A stretch of DNA of 64,000 nucleotides from Squalus acanthias (lineage: Eukaryota). Below are positions 11,681 to 24,398 of the stretch, one piece after another; the first letter of the stretch is position 1; each line of letters begins with the position of its first letter. The position numbers and the translations under genes are program-made. The notes beneath the pieces are model-generated. The model was not told the origin of the DNA. It did no database searches and saw only the letters and a program-made list of their open reading frames with translations. The stretch covers positions 186,496,001-186,560,000 of the forward strand of contig CM059427.1 of the NCBI GenBank assembly GCA_030390025.1, read 5' to 3'.

Positions 11681-13244
11681 TGTAAGGTTTCCAAAATTTG
11701 CAGATCCCCAAAACCTAAGGAAAAAGGACTTTGGAACTACCCCAGAGTGATAAAAATGCATTTGGACCTAACATAAGGAATTTAAGACCAAAACCAAGCT
11801 TTGGCATTTTAAAAGGACATGTCTGGACATGTGAGGGAGAAAAGGCTGCACAAGACGTGGGATCAACCTCTGTAAATAGCAGTTTTGTGTATTGCATTGT
11901 CTGGGAATCGGGATGACCTCACTCAAGCCCCAGCAAGCATTTAACATTTGACAATAGGCCCTGGGAGAAGGCAGCCCCACCCAAAACACAGGCCTCATTA
12001 AAACCTATCGCAGACCCATCAAAACCATGCATAATTCGAAGAATTCAAGACACCTTTTGAATATCCCCAGGCCCAAACAGGATGCCAGAAGCCTGTAAAC
12101 AATAAAACATCTAGTACAGCCATTACTTCATCAAAAACCAATCAGCCAGGTATCTATAGGAACAAGATTTGGCGTGTAGATAAAGGCCCTGCCTAAATGG
12201 GAGACATCGGAAGTCATCAGGACAATTTAACACCAAGATAAACCCATCAAAACTTAACAAGCCCGCAAAACCAAGACAATGGAATGAACAGGCCTCAACT
12301 GAAACCTAAATCACTTCAACACGAAACCGATTTAGTAAGGGGTTTTGGCGCGAAAAAGACAAAGGGTCTGAACTGTATAATTGAGGGCCTAATCCCCCAA
12401 GAAGGTCTCTCGCAGCTCTGTTCCAGTTGCAGCAAGTTCCAGCAAGACACTACCAGCCACATGACACGAGCAGGAGGAGGAGAGAAGCAGCAAGGCCACG
12501 AGGCAGACCTGGGGCGAGATCGGAGGCAAGGACAGACTAGGCCAGGCAAGGGCTGGAGCTGAGGCCACTGGGAGTGAGTCGGCATCGCTCAGCACACGAT
12601 CTAGCACTAGCAGCCACTAGCCAAGGTCACTGGAGGCTGGGAGCGAGTCGGCATCGCTCAGCACACGGTCCAACACTAACAGCCACTAGCCAAGGTCACT
12701 GGAGGCTGGGAGCGAGTCGGCATCGCTCAGCACACGGTCGAACCCCAGAAGGTACCGCCCCGACAAGCCTCCAATGCAACAAAACTCGACGACCAGACCA
12801 CCATCGCAGATTTCACAGACCGGTACCACGTGGGGACAGCAGGCACCAAAGGACAAAAGAGAGTACCTCAAAATCGCAATCAACTTACCTGGCTGAATTT
12901 CGCACTGTCAAAACCCCTGTTTGGTGAGCATTATCCCTGATCTCCTGAAACCGAAACCTAGCTCGATAGTGGGATTTTGGGGAGGGATAAGGGTTTTTGT
13001 ATTATGTCATTCTCCCTCGCCTGTACCATGTGTTCCCAAACCTGTTTAAGTGTTAAGTGTGTTTTAAGTTTGTTACCTTTTCTTTTAATAAAAACCAAAA
13101 TTCTTTCATCGTAACCTGTTGTCTACTGCATCTTTATTCACAACCCCTAAATAAGTCCAAGGTCTGGAACCTGGGACGTGGGAGCGATTCGAACCGCTCA
13201 CTGAGTCAGAGGTGAGGCTGACCCCTACCACACCACCCCCTACA
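11681..13244 (+). mobile_element. Solo LTR (~1.56 kb), ERV/Gypsy-type
   Basis: TGTAAGG...CCCTACA termini, 4-bp TSD cttc, TATA-like tataatt ~12375, AATAAA ~13087. Homologous inverted copy at 56163-57797. Confidence 0.88.
12568..12739 (+). repeat. 69-bp tandem repeat (2.5 copies) inside the solo LTR
   Basis: Units start at 12568, 12637 and 12706, each with the hairpin gagcga-gtcggca-tcgctc. Confidence 0.95.
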
Positions 13245-14878
13245 CTTCTCATCCATTGTCTGTTCCAGACTGAGGAGAATCTGTGGGAGATGAGTGACTA
13301 AATATCAAACTGTGTGGGAGAGGGAGGTCATTGGGAGGAGGGACGGCCCATCACCGCCTCAGGTGCCAGTGCTGCCCTCATCCTGAGAATAAATATAAAA
13401 ATGATCCTTTTTCAGTGTGTATTTTCCAGAAGTTTCCACCACAGCCTGCATTCTGCAGGGAAATAAAGTTTCATCTCATCTTAACTCTGCCCTCAAGTTA
13501 CATATTTTTACCCAGCTCCTGTAGTTTTATATTCATAATTCAACTTAAACTACCTAAATTGTCAGTCTCTCTCATCATTTTAAAGATTTTGATCATGTCA
13601 TGTGTCCCCCTCAGTCTTCTTCATAGAATCATAGAATGGTTTTTCCCTCAGGTACTTATCCAATTCCCTTTTGAAAGCCACAATTGAGTCTGCCTCCACC
13701 ATCCTTTCAGGCAGTGCATTCCAGATCCTAACCACTCGCTGCGTAAAAAAGTTTTTCCTCATGTCGCCTTTGGTTCTTCTGCCAATCACCTTAAATTTGT
13801 GTCCTCTGGTTCTCCACCATTCCACCAATGGGAACAGTTTCTCTCTATCTACTCTGTCCAGAACCCTCATGATTTTGAACACCTCTATCAAATCTCCTCT
13901 CAACCTTCTCTGCTCTAAGGAGAACAACCCCAGCTTCCCCTGTCTATCCACATAAATGAAGTCCCTCATCCCTGGAACCATTCTTGTAAATCTTTTCTGC
14001 ACCCTCTCTAAAGCCTTCACATCCTTCCTAAATTGCGGTGCCCAGAATAAGAACATAAGAACATAAGAAATAGGAGCAGGAATAGGCCACTTGGCTCCTC
14101 AAGATTCAATAGATCATGGCTGATCTTGGACTCAAAGCCACTTCCCTGCCCGCTCCCCATAACCCTTCACTCCCTTATCTTGTAAAAATCTGTCTATCTC
14201 CACCTTAAATGTATTTAATGACCCAGCCTCCACGGCTCTCTGGGGCAGAGAATTCGACAGATTTACGACCCTCTGAGAGAGGAAATTCCTCCTCATCTCA
14301 GTTCTAAAAGGGTGACCCTTTATTCTGAAACTATGCCCCCGAGTTCTAGAGTTCCCCACGAGGGGAAACATCCTCTCTGCATCTACCTTGTCGAGCCCCC
14401 TCAGTATCTTATATGTTTCAATAAGATCACCTCTCATTCTTCTAAATTCCAATGAGTATAGGCCCAAGCTGCTCAACCTTTCTTCATAAGTCAACCCCCT
14501 CATCTCAGGAAACAACCAAATTGGACACATTACTCCAGTTGAGGCCGAACCAGTGTTTTACACAGGTTCATCAGAACGTCCTTGCTTTTGTACTCTATTG
14601 GCTGGATTTTGTCAGTGGATGCGGGTTGGGGTCGGGTCAGGTGGTCGGCGGGTCCGGACCCCGCCTCCGATGTGAGGCGGGACAATGGAGCCATTTTGCC
14701 CTAATTAGGCACTTGATTTCCAGCGTGTGGGACCCCCTGGCCCAATGAGTCTTTTGGTCCTGAAACTCGCCTCTGATGACGTCATCTATGCAGCTGCATT
14801 TAAGGCCTGTAGCAGCCTTAGTTCTTTTTCTGCCTTACAACTTTTGCAATTTACTTCTGAGGGATTCGTGCAACAACC

Positions 14879-16886
14879 ATGTCAGGCACAAGACGGAAGT
14901 GTGCACCCCGCTTCGATGAGAACTCCCTCCAAGCTCTCATGGAGGGAGCAAGAGCGAATAAGGAAGTGCTGTTTCCTTCTTCAGGGAGGAAAAAGCCTCC
15001 ACAACAGACCAAAGCTGTGTGGCTGCAAGTGGCACAGGAGGTGAATGTCATTTCAATGTGCAGCTGAACCTGGCTGCAGTGCCGAAAGAGGTTTCATGAC
15101 CTTCTCCGCACAGGAAAAGTGAGTATTCCATCCACATGACCCTCAATCTCATCCCCATCGCCTCTCATCACCAGCACTCTGCTTTGACAACCTCCTCCTC
15201 CACATCCCACTTGACCCTTACATCCCTGCACCCTTACCCATTCCCTCTCTCTGTATGTACACATTCACTTAACTATTCGACTATGCAGCCCTCACACTCC
15301 CTATCACTGTGATGCTATGACAACAACTTACAACACACAAGAAGGGCCCTTGGTCTTGGCACCTCATTCCATCTTTGTGTCCTTCTAAGCATCAATGCTA
15401 TGGATTCTCTACACTCACTCCTTCATTCTCACTCAAACTCCACTTGTGTCCCTCATTGGAGGAAAAGAGAGCCCACAATAAGAGGGAGAGGGCGAGGACA
15501 GGAGTAGGGCCACCCTCAGTAGCCCAGCTCACCAGTGCAGAGGAGGCGGCCCTGGAGATCATGGGAGTGGAGGAGGATGCGCATGTGGGGGACGGACAGA
15601 CGGGCGCATCAGAGCAAGATTGTGACAGAATAGTTTTTCATCTCTCTCATTGACATTGCATGAGTGACTGATATTGATTCTGATGCTCTAACAGATTGAC
15701 TTATGATCATCTGCAGAATTCAATGTCCATACAATGTTTATCTCACATGTCTAACTCTTTCCTTTACTCCCCCACAGGACCATCGACAGCCTCCCTCCCC
15801 ACTGTCCAGGAGGAACAGCCTGAGATCCCAGACTCCTCGGAGGAAGCTGCAACCTCTGAGGGCACAGCGTCAGCTGAATTAAGCGCACCCAGCACCAGCG
15901 CAGACACTCACACCTCGGTGGGACCTTCGGGAGATAGATTAGAGTTGTCACCTGGTATATCACTGCTCACAAGTGAGCATCAGCAGATGGTGGAGACAGG
16001 GACAGCAGTGGAGAGTCCTCGTCGGAGGGTGCAGGGCACTCCCAGCTCGGCTCCACTGCATGTCGACCCTGTGCCTCCGGGTCCATCCAGAAAGAGAGCG
16101 GTGCTGGAACTCCAGGAACAGGTGCAGTAGTCTCTGGCAGATTTAGTCTCCAGGGTCGCTGTGAGTGTGGAGCGAATGGAAAAGTCCATCGCTTACATGA
16201 GCAGAGCCTTTGTGGAGGCATTGGCGCATGAACGCATCACCATGGAAAGGATGGCAACCTCCGTGGAAAGGATGGCTACTTCCGTGGTAAGGCTGGCTAC
16301 CATAGAGGAGAGGATGACTACGGTAGAGGAGAGGATCGCTACGGCCATGGAGGAGCTTAGTTGCCAGGGTCTTGAAAACATGGTCATTGTTCAGAATAGA
16401 CTGACATCTCTTGAGGAGCGATGATCAGCTATTGAGCAGAGAAACCAGACCTTCATGGAAGTCCTCTGGAGTAGGACTTCCAGTGCAGAAACGGGTCCTC
16501 ATGGCCCCCCTGAAGTGCAGCAAAGTGCTGTCAAGCCACTTGCTAGCTCTGAAGTGGGGCTGACCCATGAGAGGGATATTGGTGGCAGAGAACAAGGAAG
16601 TGGGGGCTCCTCTCCAAGCGCTCACATGACCATGCCACTGCAGAGCCCTTGGTCAGAGCCCCACCAGGGTCCTCAGCCAACTGAGATCGGCATCTCAGCC
16701 ACTGCACAGCCGCAGGAGCAGCAGACTCTTGCCGAACCCTCACAGGGTCGCAACCCCAAAGGACGGCCGCAAAAGGTGTCGAGACAGGAGCAGCAAGAAA
16801 GTGAGCAAGGGGCCTCCACATCTGCTGAAGCCACAGGGGAAGCACCACGTAGGAGTACGCGTAAGCGGAAGATAAAGCACAAGTAG
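14879..16886 (+). pseudogene. Harbinger Myb/SANT-like (trihelix) DNA-binding gene, three exons, in-frame stops
   Basis: APRFDENSLQALMEG..W..VAQEVN..TWLQCRKRFHDL (14879-15118, donor gtgagt); EKRAHNKRERARTG exon ~15462-15620; long exon ~15778-16886 with ERMATSV heptads and basic end RRSTRKRKIKHK. Confidence 0.88.
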
Positions 16887-17144
16887 TCACAAGGGTAGTA
16901 ACTTGGGTGTAATGTTGTGTTTATTTTTGAAAAGCCATCCTTGAATTGATGTGATAAAAAAACTTGATGGCAAACTGTTGAAGTTGTGGGCTGTGTCATT
17001 TCGCAAATGGGACTTCCACATTGAGGGCTTAGGGCGACTAGTAATTGTTGGTATGGAAGTCAGAGTGATAGGAATCTGCATGTTCTTGGCCATTGTCGAT
17101 GCTCTGGTAAAAAGGTGCGAGGCAAAAGTGTTTGATTGTGCAGG

Positions 17145-18404
17145 CTAAGTAAATCTGGCCAAGATGAGTGCGTCCCTTGCATCCCGGGCAGCAATGTGCT
17201 CGCGTGCTGCTGCTGCTGGTTGATGCGTCTCCACAAGCTGTTTGTTGTCGCTCTTCTCTCCTCCTCCTCCTCCTCCTCTTCCTCCTCATCTGAGGAGGCT
17301 ATGCGATGAGCCACTTGTACCTCAGGCAGCTGCAAGCTACAATGCTGTGCCATGTTGTGAAGTGCACAGCAGACCACGACGATTCTGGAGACCCTGGCTG
17401 CTGAGTACTGTAGGGCTCCACCTGATTTATCAAGACATCTGAATCGCATCTTCAGCAAGCCGATGGTTTGCTCGATTATGGATCTGGTGGAAATGTAGCT
17501 GGAGTTCTAGCGCTCCTCAGCTTCGTTGGATGGCCTCCTCAATGGCGTCATTAGCCACGTCTTCAAGGGATAGCCCTTGTCTCCAAGTAGCCATCCGAAA
17601 AAGTTGGTCTGGCAGACTGAAGAGCGGAGACACACTAGACTGCCGCAGGACGAAGGAGTCATGGCAACTGCCAGGGTACTTGGTGCAAATTGCAAAATTT
17701 CCTTCTGGTGGTCACACACCAGCTGCACGTTGAGGGAGTGGAAGCCCTTGCGGTTGACAAAAATACCTGGATTGTGATGGGGTGCCTTAAGGGCCACATG
17801 TGTGCAGTCCATGACGCCCTGCACCCTTGGAAAGCCTGCCAGATTAGCAAATCCAACCGCGTGCGCGGTTACACTTGCTTGATCCTTGGAGAAGTTAATG
17901 TAATTGTGCGTGATGGCAAAGAGGGCATTGGTTACCTGCGTGATACAAATGTGTGCGGCCACCTGGGAGATGCCGCTGATGTCTGCTCTTGATCCCTGGA
18001 ATGATCCTGAAGCAAAAAAGTTGAGTGCGGTGGTGACTTTGACGGCCACTGGTAAGGGGTGTCCACCCGCTCCTCTGGGCTCCAGGTCTTGCTGCAGCAT
18101 TGCGTAGATGTCACCCACTACCTCTCGCGAAAGTCTCAGCCTCCTTTGGCACTGCTGCTCAGTCATGTTGAGTTAGCTGACCCTCTGTCTGTAGACCCTG
18201 TTTTGGGGGTATCTCCTGCGACGACGTGCTTCCATGCGCTGGCGCCTTCTGGCCTGTGCAGCTTCAGCTGGGTGAGCAGCAGCTTGGGTCTCCTGTCGTT
18301 GCTGCTGCTGTTGGTGCTGCTGTTGTTCAGGGTTCTGCTGCTGCCGCAGCTGGTCTTCGTCCAGAATCTGATGTCTAGGAGGAAAGGAAATAAATGGTTC
18401 CCAT
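17145..18404 (-). pseudogene. Harbinger (HARBI1-like) DDE transposase, disrupted
   Basis: [44 protein letters not shown] and CCALHN motifs; frameshift ~17690, stop at 17507. Confidence 0.93.
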
Positions 18405-20326
18405 GCTGCTGGTATGTACCTCAGTTGAGGAAGCGCTCATTCAAGGTGGGGAGAGGGGTTTCCCACGAGGTCACACTGGAGATGGCTCTCAGCCTCCAAA
18501 CTTCCACAACAATGAGTAGGCCTGCTAAAAGTTCCCCCAGACCTGAGACAACAAAGTTCTGCCACCTGCAAATGATCAGTGGTGAAAACTCCTTTTTAAT
18601 GGTGGAGCTGCCGCTGTTAGTAAGCAATCCACTTGTGAGGCAGCCAGGATTAACTGGCGTGTTCCAGATGAGACGTGCAGCACGGGGGAAATGTGTTAAA
18701 TTCAGAAAGGCCTCTCAAACTGGGATTATAGAGGCAATTAACTGGTTGTTAAGGGCCTTAAGGGCCTATCCCGCCTCTTGGAGGTGGGATGGAAACGGGA
18801 TCTGAAACCCCGCTTTGGGGAAAATTGCTCAGAGGCGGGCTGGAGGCGGGATCGGAGCCGCCCGCCATTTTTTGCGAATTTAACACCTCACACGCCTCCA
18901 AACCCGCCTCCTCGGGCCTGGCAAAATCCAGCCCTATGCCTCTATTTATGAAGCCCAGGATCCCGTATACTTTTTAAACTGCTTTCTCAACCTGCCCTGC
19001 CACCTTCAACAATTTGTGCACATACACTCCCAGATCTCTCTGTTTATGCACCCACTTTAGAATTGTGCCCTTTAGTTTATATTGCCTCTCTTCGTTCTTC
19101 CTACCAAAATGTATCACTTCAGTCACTCACTAGACTTTGACATAACCAGAAGGAAACATTCACAGGGTTTAGGATCCTTCCTGTTTCTATGCAGAAGTTA
19201 CCGTTTTTAACCAGCTTCCACTGTTTCATTTTTACACGTACTATTTTAAAATAACATCTACAAAAATCTGACTACATTAAAAAGCATTACTTAGAATTCT
19301 ATTTGTGTAATTCCCACCTTTAGAAAGGATAGGGAAACTGGAAGAGGAGAAGGGGTAGCCTTATTGATTAAAGACACTATTAAAACAGTAGCAAAAGATG
19401 GTAGAGGTAAGGGAAAGCAATCAACGGCTACTCTGTGGTTAGAATTGAGCAACAAGAGAGGACAAAACTGAGTTGTCTACAGGCCTCCTGATAGCAGCAA
19501 TGAAGTGGCAGAATGTATTAATTTAGAGATTAGAGAGGCTTGTTGCAAAAGCAGAGTTGCTTTACTGGGAGACTTTAATTTTGATGCAGGCTGGGAAGAG
19601 CAGGTAGCTCAAGTCAAAAAGCAGTGAATTTTTTGAGTGCATTCAAGGTAGTTTTCTCGAGCAATATGTTCTCGAACCAACAAGAAGGCAGGCCATACTA
19701 GATTGAGTAATGAGTAATGAGCCAGACTTAGTGAATAATCTAACAGTAAGGGAACATTTATCTAACATTGATAATAATATGATTGAATTCAATGTTAGGT
19801 TTGAAAAGGAGAAACGTAACACTGTTACTAAGATTTTAGATTTTGGTAAAGCTAACTTTAACGAGATAAGGCAGAGACTGACGAGAGCAATCTGGTCAAA
19901 ACTGTCATCGGGTAAAACTACAGAGGAACAGTGGGAATTGTTCAAAAAGGAACTTAATGCAGGACCAGTCTATAACCCTAAGGGACAACTTACCAAATTA
20001 CTTACCAAATAAAACAGCCCTGGCTGACAAAAGAGGTGAGAGATAACATCAAACTACAGGAAAGAGCATAGAGAAGTGCAAAGAATAGTGTAGATCCAGG
20101 GGACTGGGAGAGATATAAAGAACAGCAAAGCAAAACAGAAAACTAGTAAGAGCTGCAAAAAGGGAACGAAAAGAAACCTGTGAGAGATATCAAGATTAAC
20201 ACAAAAAGTTTTACAATTACATTTGAAGAAAAAGAGTAGTCAAGTGTAATGTGGGCCTTTAAAAACAGATGCTGGTAATATTGCAAATTAAATTAAGTAA
20301 TGGCAGACTTGTTCAATAATGACTTT

Positions 20327-23300
20327 GGGCTCGATTTTGCCAGGCCCGAGGAGGCGGGATTGGAGGCATGTGTGTTGTAAAAACCGCAAAAAATGGCGGG
20401 CAGCTCTGATCCCGCCTCCAACCCGCCTCCGAGCAATTTTCCCACATTCGGGGTTTCAGACCCCGTTTCCATCCCGCTTCCAAGAGGCGGGATAGGCTCT
20501 TAATGTCACTATCTACCAGTTAAGTGCCTCTATAATCCCATTTTGAGAGGCCTTTCTGATTTTAACACTTTTCCCCCATCCTGCACGTCTCCTCTGGAAC
20601 ACGCCAGTGAATCCTGGCGGCCTCACAAGTGGATTGCTTACGAACAGCTGCAGCTCCACCATTAAAAAGGAGTTTTCACCAATGATCATTTGCAGGTGGG
20701 AGAACTTTGTTGCCTCAGGTCTGGGGGAACTTTTAGCAGGGCTACACATTGTTGTGGAAGTTTGGAGCCTGACACCCATCTCCAGTGTGACCTCCTGGGA
20801 AACTCCTCTCCCCACCTTGACTGAGTGCTTCCTCAACTGAGATATATACCAGAAGCATGGGAACCATTAATTTCCTTTCCATCTGGACTTCAGAATCGGA
20901 CGAAGACCAGTCGCGGCAGCAGCATAACCCTGAACAACAGCACCACCAACAACAGGAGCAACACCAGGAGCGGTAAGCTGCTGCTCACCCAACTAAAGCT
21001 GCGCAGGCCAGAAGGTGCCAGCGTGCGACCACATAGCTGCCCGGGATGAAAGGGACGCACTCATCTTGGCCAGATTTGCTTAGCCTGCACAATCAAACAC
21101 TTTTGCCTTGCACCTTCTTACCAGAGCATCGACAATGGACAAGCACCTGCGGATTCCTATCACTCTGACCACCATACTGACAATTGCAAGTTGCCCTAAG
21201 CCCTCAGTGTGGAAGTCCCATTTGCGAAATGACACAGGCCACAACTTCAACAGTTTGCCATCAAATCTGTTTATCATCACAATTCAAGGATGACTTGTAA
21301 AAAATCAATACAACAGAACACCCAAGTGACTACCCTTGTGACTACTTGTGCTTTATCTTCCTCTTAAGTGTGCTCCTACGTGGTGCTTCCCCTGTGGCTT
21401 CAGCAGATGTGGAGGCCCCTTGCTCACTTTCTTGCTGCTCCTGTCTTGATGCCTTTGGCGGGCGTCCTCTGGGGTTGCGACCCTCTGAGGGCTCGGCAAC
21501 AGTCTGCTGCTCCTGCGGCTGTGCAGGGGATGAGACGCCGAGCTCAGTTGGGTGAGGACTCTGGTGGGGCTCTGACCGAGGGCTTTGTAGTGGCATGGTC
21601 GTGTGAGCACTTGGATAGGAGCCCCCACTTCCTTGTTGTCTGCCACCAACATCCCTCTCATGGGTCAGCCCCACTTCAGAGCTAGCAAGTGGCTTGACAG
21701 CACCTTGCTGCACTTCAGGGGAGCCATGAGGACATGTTTCAGCACTGGAAGTCCTACTCCAGAGGACTTCCATGAAGGTCTGGTTTGTATGCTCAGTAGT
21801 TGACCATCGCTCCTCAAGAGATGTCATTCTATTCTGAACAATGAATATGTTTTCAAGACCCTGGCGACTAAGCTCCTCCATGGCCGTAGACATCCTCTCC
21901 TCTACTGTAGTCATCCTCTCCTCTACGGTAGCCATCCTTTCCACGGAGGTAGCCATCCTTTCATTGGAGGTAGCCATCCTTTCCACGGAGGTAGCCATCC
22001 TTTCCATGGAGGTAGCCATCCTTTCTGTGGTGATGCGTTCATGCGCCAATGCCTCCACAAAGGCTCTGCTCATGTTTGCGATGGACTCCTCCATTTGCTC
22101 CATGCTCGCAGTGACCCTGGAGACAAAACCTGCCAGAGACTCCTGCACCTGTTCCTGGAGTTCCACCTCCTTCTGGATGGACCCGGAGGCACAGGGTTGA
22201 CATACAGCTGAGCCGAGCTGGCAGAGTCCTGCACCCTCCAACGAGGACACTCCACTGCTGTCCCTGTCTCCACCATCTGTTGATGCTCACTTGTGATCTG
22301 TGATACACCAGGTGACAACACTACTCTATCTCGCGAAGGTCCCACCGAGGTGTGATTGCCTGCGCTGGTGCTGGGTGCGATGAATTCTGCTGACGTGCGC
22401 CCTCAGGGGTTGCAGCTTCCTCTGAGGAGTCTGGGGGCTCAGGCTGTTCCTCCTGGGCAGTGGGGACGGGGGCTCTCGATGGTCCTGTGGGGGAGTAAAG
22501 GAAAGAGTTAGAGATGTGAGATAAAGGTTGCATGCACATTGAATTGTGCAGATGATCATAAGTCAATCTGTTAGAGCATCAGAATCATTATCAGTCACTC
22601 ATGCAATGTCAATGAGAGAGATGCTAAACTATTCTGTCACAAGCTTGCTGTGATGTGCCCGTCTGTCCGTCCCCCACTTGCGAATCGTCCTCCACTCCGG
22701 CGATCTCTAGGGCCGCCTCCTCCAAAGTGGTGAGCTGGGCTACTGAGGGTGGCCCTCCTCCTGTCCTTGCTCTTTCCCTCTTATTGTGGGCTCTCCTTTC
22801 CTGCAATGAGGGACACAAGTGGAGTTTGAGTGAGAATGAATGAGTGAGTGGAGAGAATCCATAGCATTGATGTTTAGAAGGAGACAAAGGGCCCTCCCTG
22901 TGTGTTGTAAGTTGTTGTCATTGCATCACAGTTATAGGGAGTGTGAGGGCTGCATGGTTGAATAGTTAAGTGAATGTGATCATAGAGAGAGAGGGAATGG
23001 GTAAGAGTGCAGGGATGTCAGTGTCAAGTGGGATGTGGAGGAAGAGGTTGGCAAAGCAGAGTGCTGGTGAGGAGAGGCGATAGGGATAAGTTTGAGGCTG
23101 ATGGGAATGTCATACTCACTTTTCCTGTGCGGAGAAGGTCATGAAACCTCTTCTGCACTGCAGCCAGGTTCTGTTGCACATAGAAATTTTGTTTACCTCT
23201 TGGGCCACTTGCAGCCACACAGCTTTAGTCTGCTGGGGAGGCTTTTTCCTCCCTGAGGAAGGAAGAGCACCTCCTTATTTGCTCTTGCTCCCTCCACCAG

Positions 23301-23638
23301 AGCTTGGAGGGAGGCCTCATCGAATCTCGGAGCACACTTTGGTCTACTGGTGGACATAATTGGTGAAGGAAGCGCTCAGAACAATGGGCATAAAGTTTAA
23401 AGGCTGAAAAAGAAGCAAGGCTGCTTGCAGGCCTTAAATCCAGCAGCATTGATGATGCCATCAGAGGCGACTTTCTGCATGAAAAGACTCATTGGGTCAG
23501 GGGTTTCCACACGCTGAAAATCAAGTGCCCAATTAGGGCAAAATCGCACTTTTTCCCACTTCACATCGGAGTCGGAAACCTGACACGACGAACACTTGAC
23601 ACGCCCCCCAGCCCGCCCCCAATGACAAAATCCAGCCC
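20327..23638. mobile_element. PIF/Harbinger copy 2, inverted relative to copy 1, transposase core deleted
   Basis: TIRs gggctcgattttg / caaaatccagccc, TSD TTT. Colinear with the reverse complement of 14599-18934 except for ~1 kb missing at ~21027. Confidence 0.93.
21342..23370 (-). pseudogene. Myb/SANT-like gene of Harbinger copy 2
   Basis: 302-aa open last-exon ORF 21342..22250 with expanded ERMATSV heptads; upstream exons (KRFHDLLRTGK, ERRAHNKRERARTGGG) frameshifted. Confidence 0.85.
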
Positions 23639-23674
23639 TTTGTGTCAGTCTTCACAGTAAAGGAATAGGATATT

Positions 23675-24398
23675 GGGCCGGATATTCCAATCCCTACGGG
23701 TGGGTAAGCGCTGTGTGCCCACCCGTAGGGACATCGCAAATGCCGGTTTCAGGCATGCACTGCGCATGCACTGGAAACCGGCATTCCCAATCTGTCAAGA
23801 AAGCTCTTGACAGATCCTTCAGCTGCCCGGGAGAGGGTCCTCTGCGGGCGGATAGTTCCGCTTTTTGGAGACCCTCCGCCCGCAGAAAACCCTTACAATT
23901 CTTGCGCCTGATAAAAGCAGGCGTAAGGCCTGCTTTTACCAGAATAAGAGTTGAAAAAAAGTTTTAAAAAAAAATTTCCACTGATTTATTTTTAGCCCCG
24001 TAAAAAACTTTAATTATTTTTTACAAAAATTTAAAGTTTTGTTTAAAATAGTTAATTTATTGTACTTTGAAGTCATTTTAAAAATGTGATTTTTTTTTTA
24101 ATTTATTTAAAGTTTTACTATGTTTTGGGGGTGATCTCCATTCATATATTGGACAGGTCTTCCTGTCAAATGTATGAAAGGAGATTCCCTTCTATGATTG
24201 GCTCCCCATAGCCCACGTGATCCCAGGGACGCTGCGAAGTACCTGCGCCTCTGGGATACGTGGGCCCTGCGCACTGGTAGTTTGGAGAGGCCCAGCATCG
24301 GAACTGTGCGCCTCCTGGGAGCCCTCAGGTAAGGGCGCAGATTTTTCCAGATCGCAGCCCTCCGCCCGCGGGAGGCCTGCGATCAGAATATCTGGGCC
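23675..24398. mobile_element. Harbinger-type MITE, family 2 (divergent)
   Basis: TIRs gggccggatattc / gaatatctgggcc, flanks att/aat, AT-rich centre; similar to 26088-26847 and 35154-35914. Confidence 0.85.

Larger units (their letters stand above)
14599..18934. mobile_element. PIF/Harbinger DNA transposon, full two-gene structure (degenerate)
   Basis: TIRs tggctggattttg / caaaatccagccc, TSD TAT, convergent Myb/SANT gene (+) and DDE transposase (-). Confidence 0.95.
13622..19120 (-). mobile_element. CR1 LINE 3' portion, interrupted by a second CR1 (~14050-14515) and by the Harbinger element 14599-18934
   Basis: ORFs 13598..14056 and 14132..14530 are CR1 ORF2 C-termini (RRLRGDLIE). The host sequence gtactctat/gcctctattt rejoins across the transposon. 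Confidence 0.85.

Noticed and set aside
12568-12739. CRISPR-like array of palindromic repeats
   Set aside because: The spacers are near-identical, so it is a tandem repeat within an LTR; vertebrate context, no cas genes.
17145-18404. Domesticated host gene HARBI1, or NAIF1/MSANTD for the Myb ORFs
   Set aside because: Enclosed by TIRs and TSD, multi-copy, with stops and frameshifts.
18059-18805. 248-aa + strand ORF with a Leu-rich hydrophobic stretch
   Set aside because: Antisense reading of the CAG-rich transposase N-terminus and transposon end; the same applies to the LVCLVM repeat ORF at 31663..31845.
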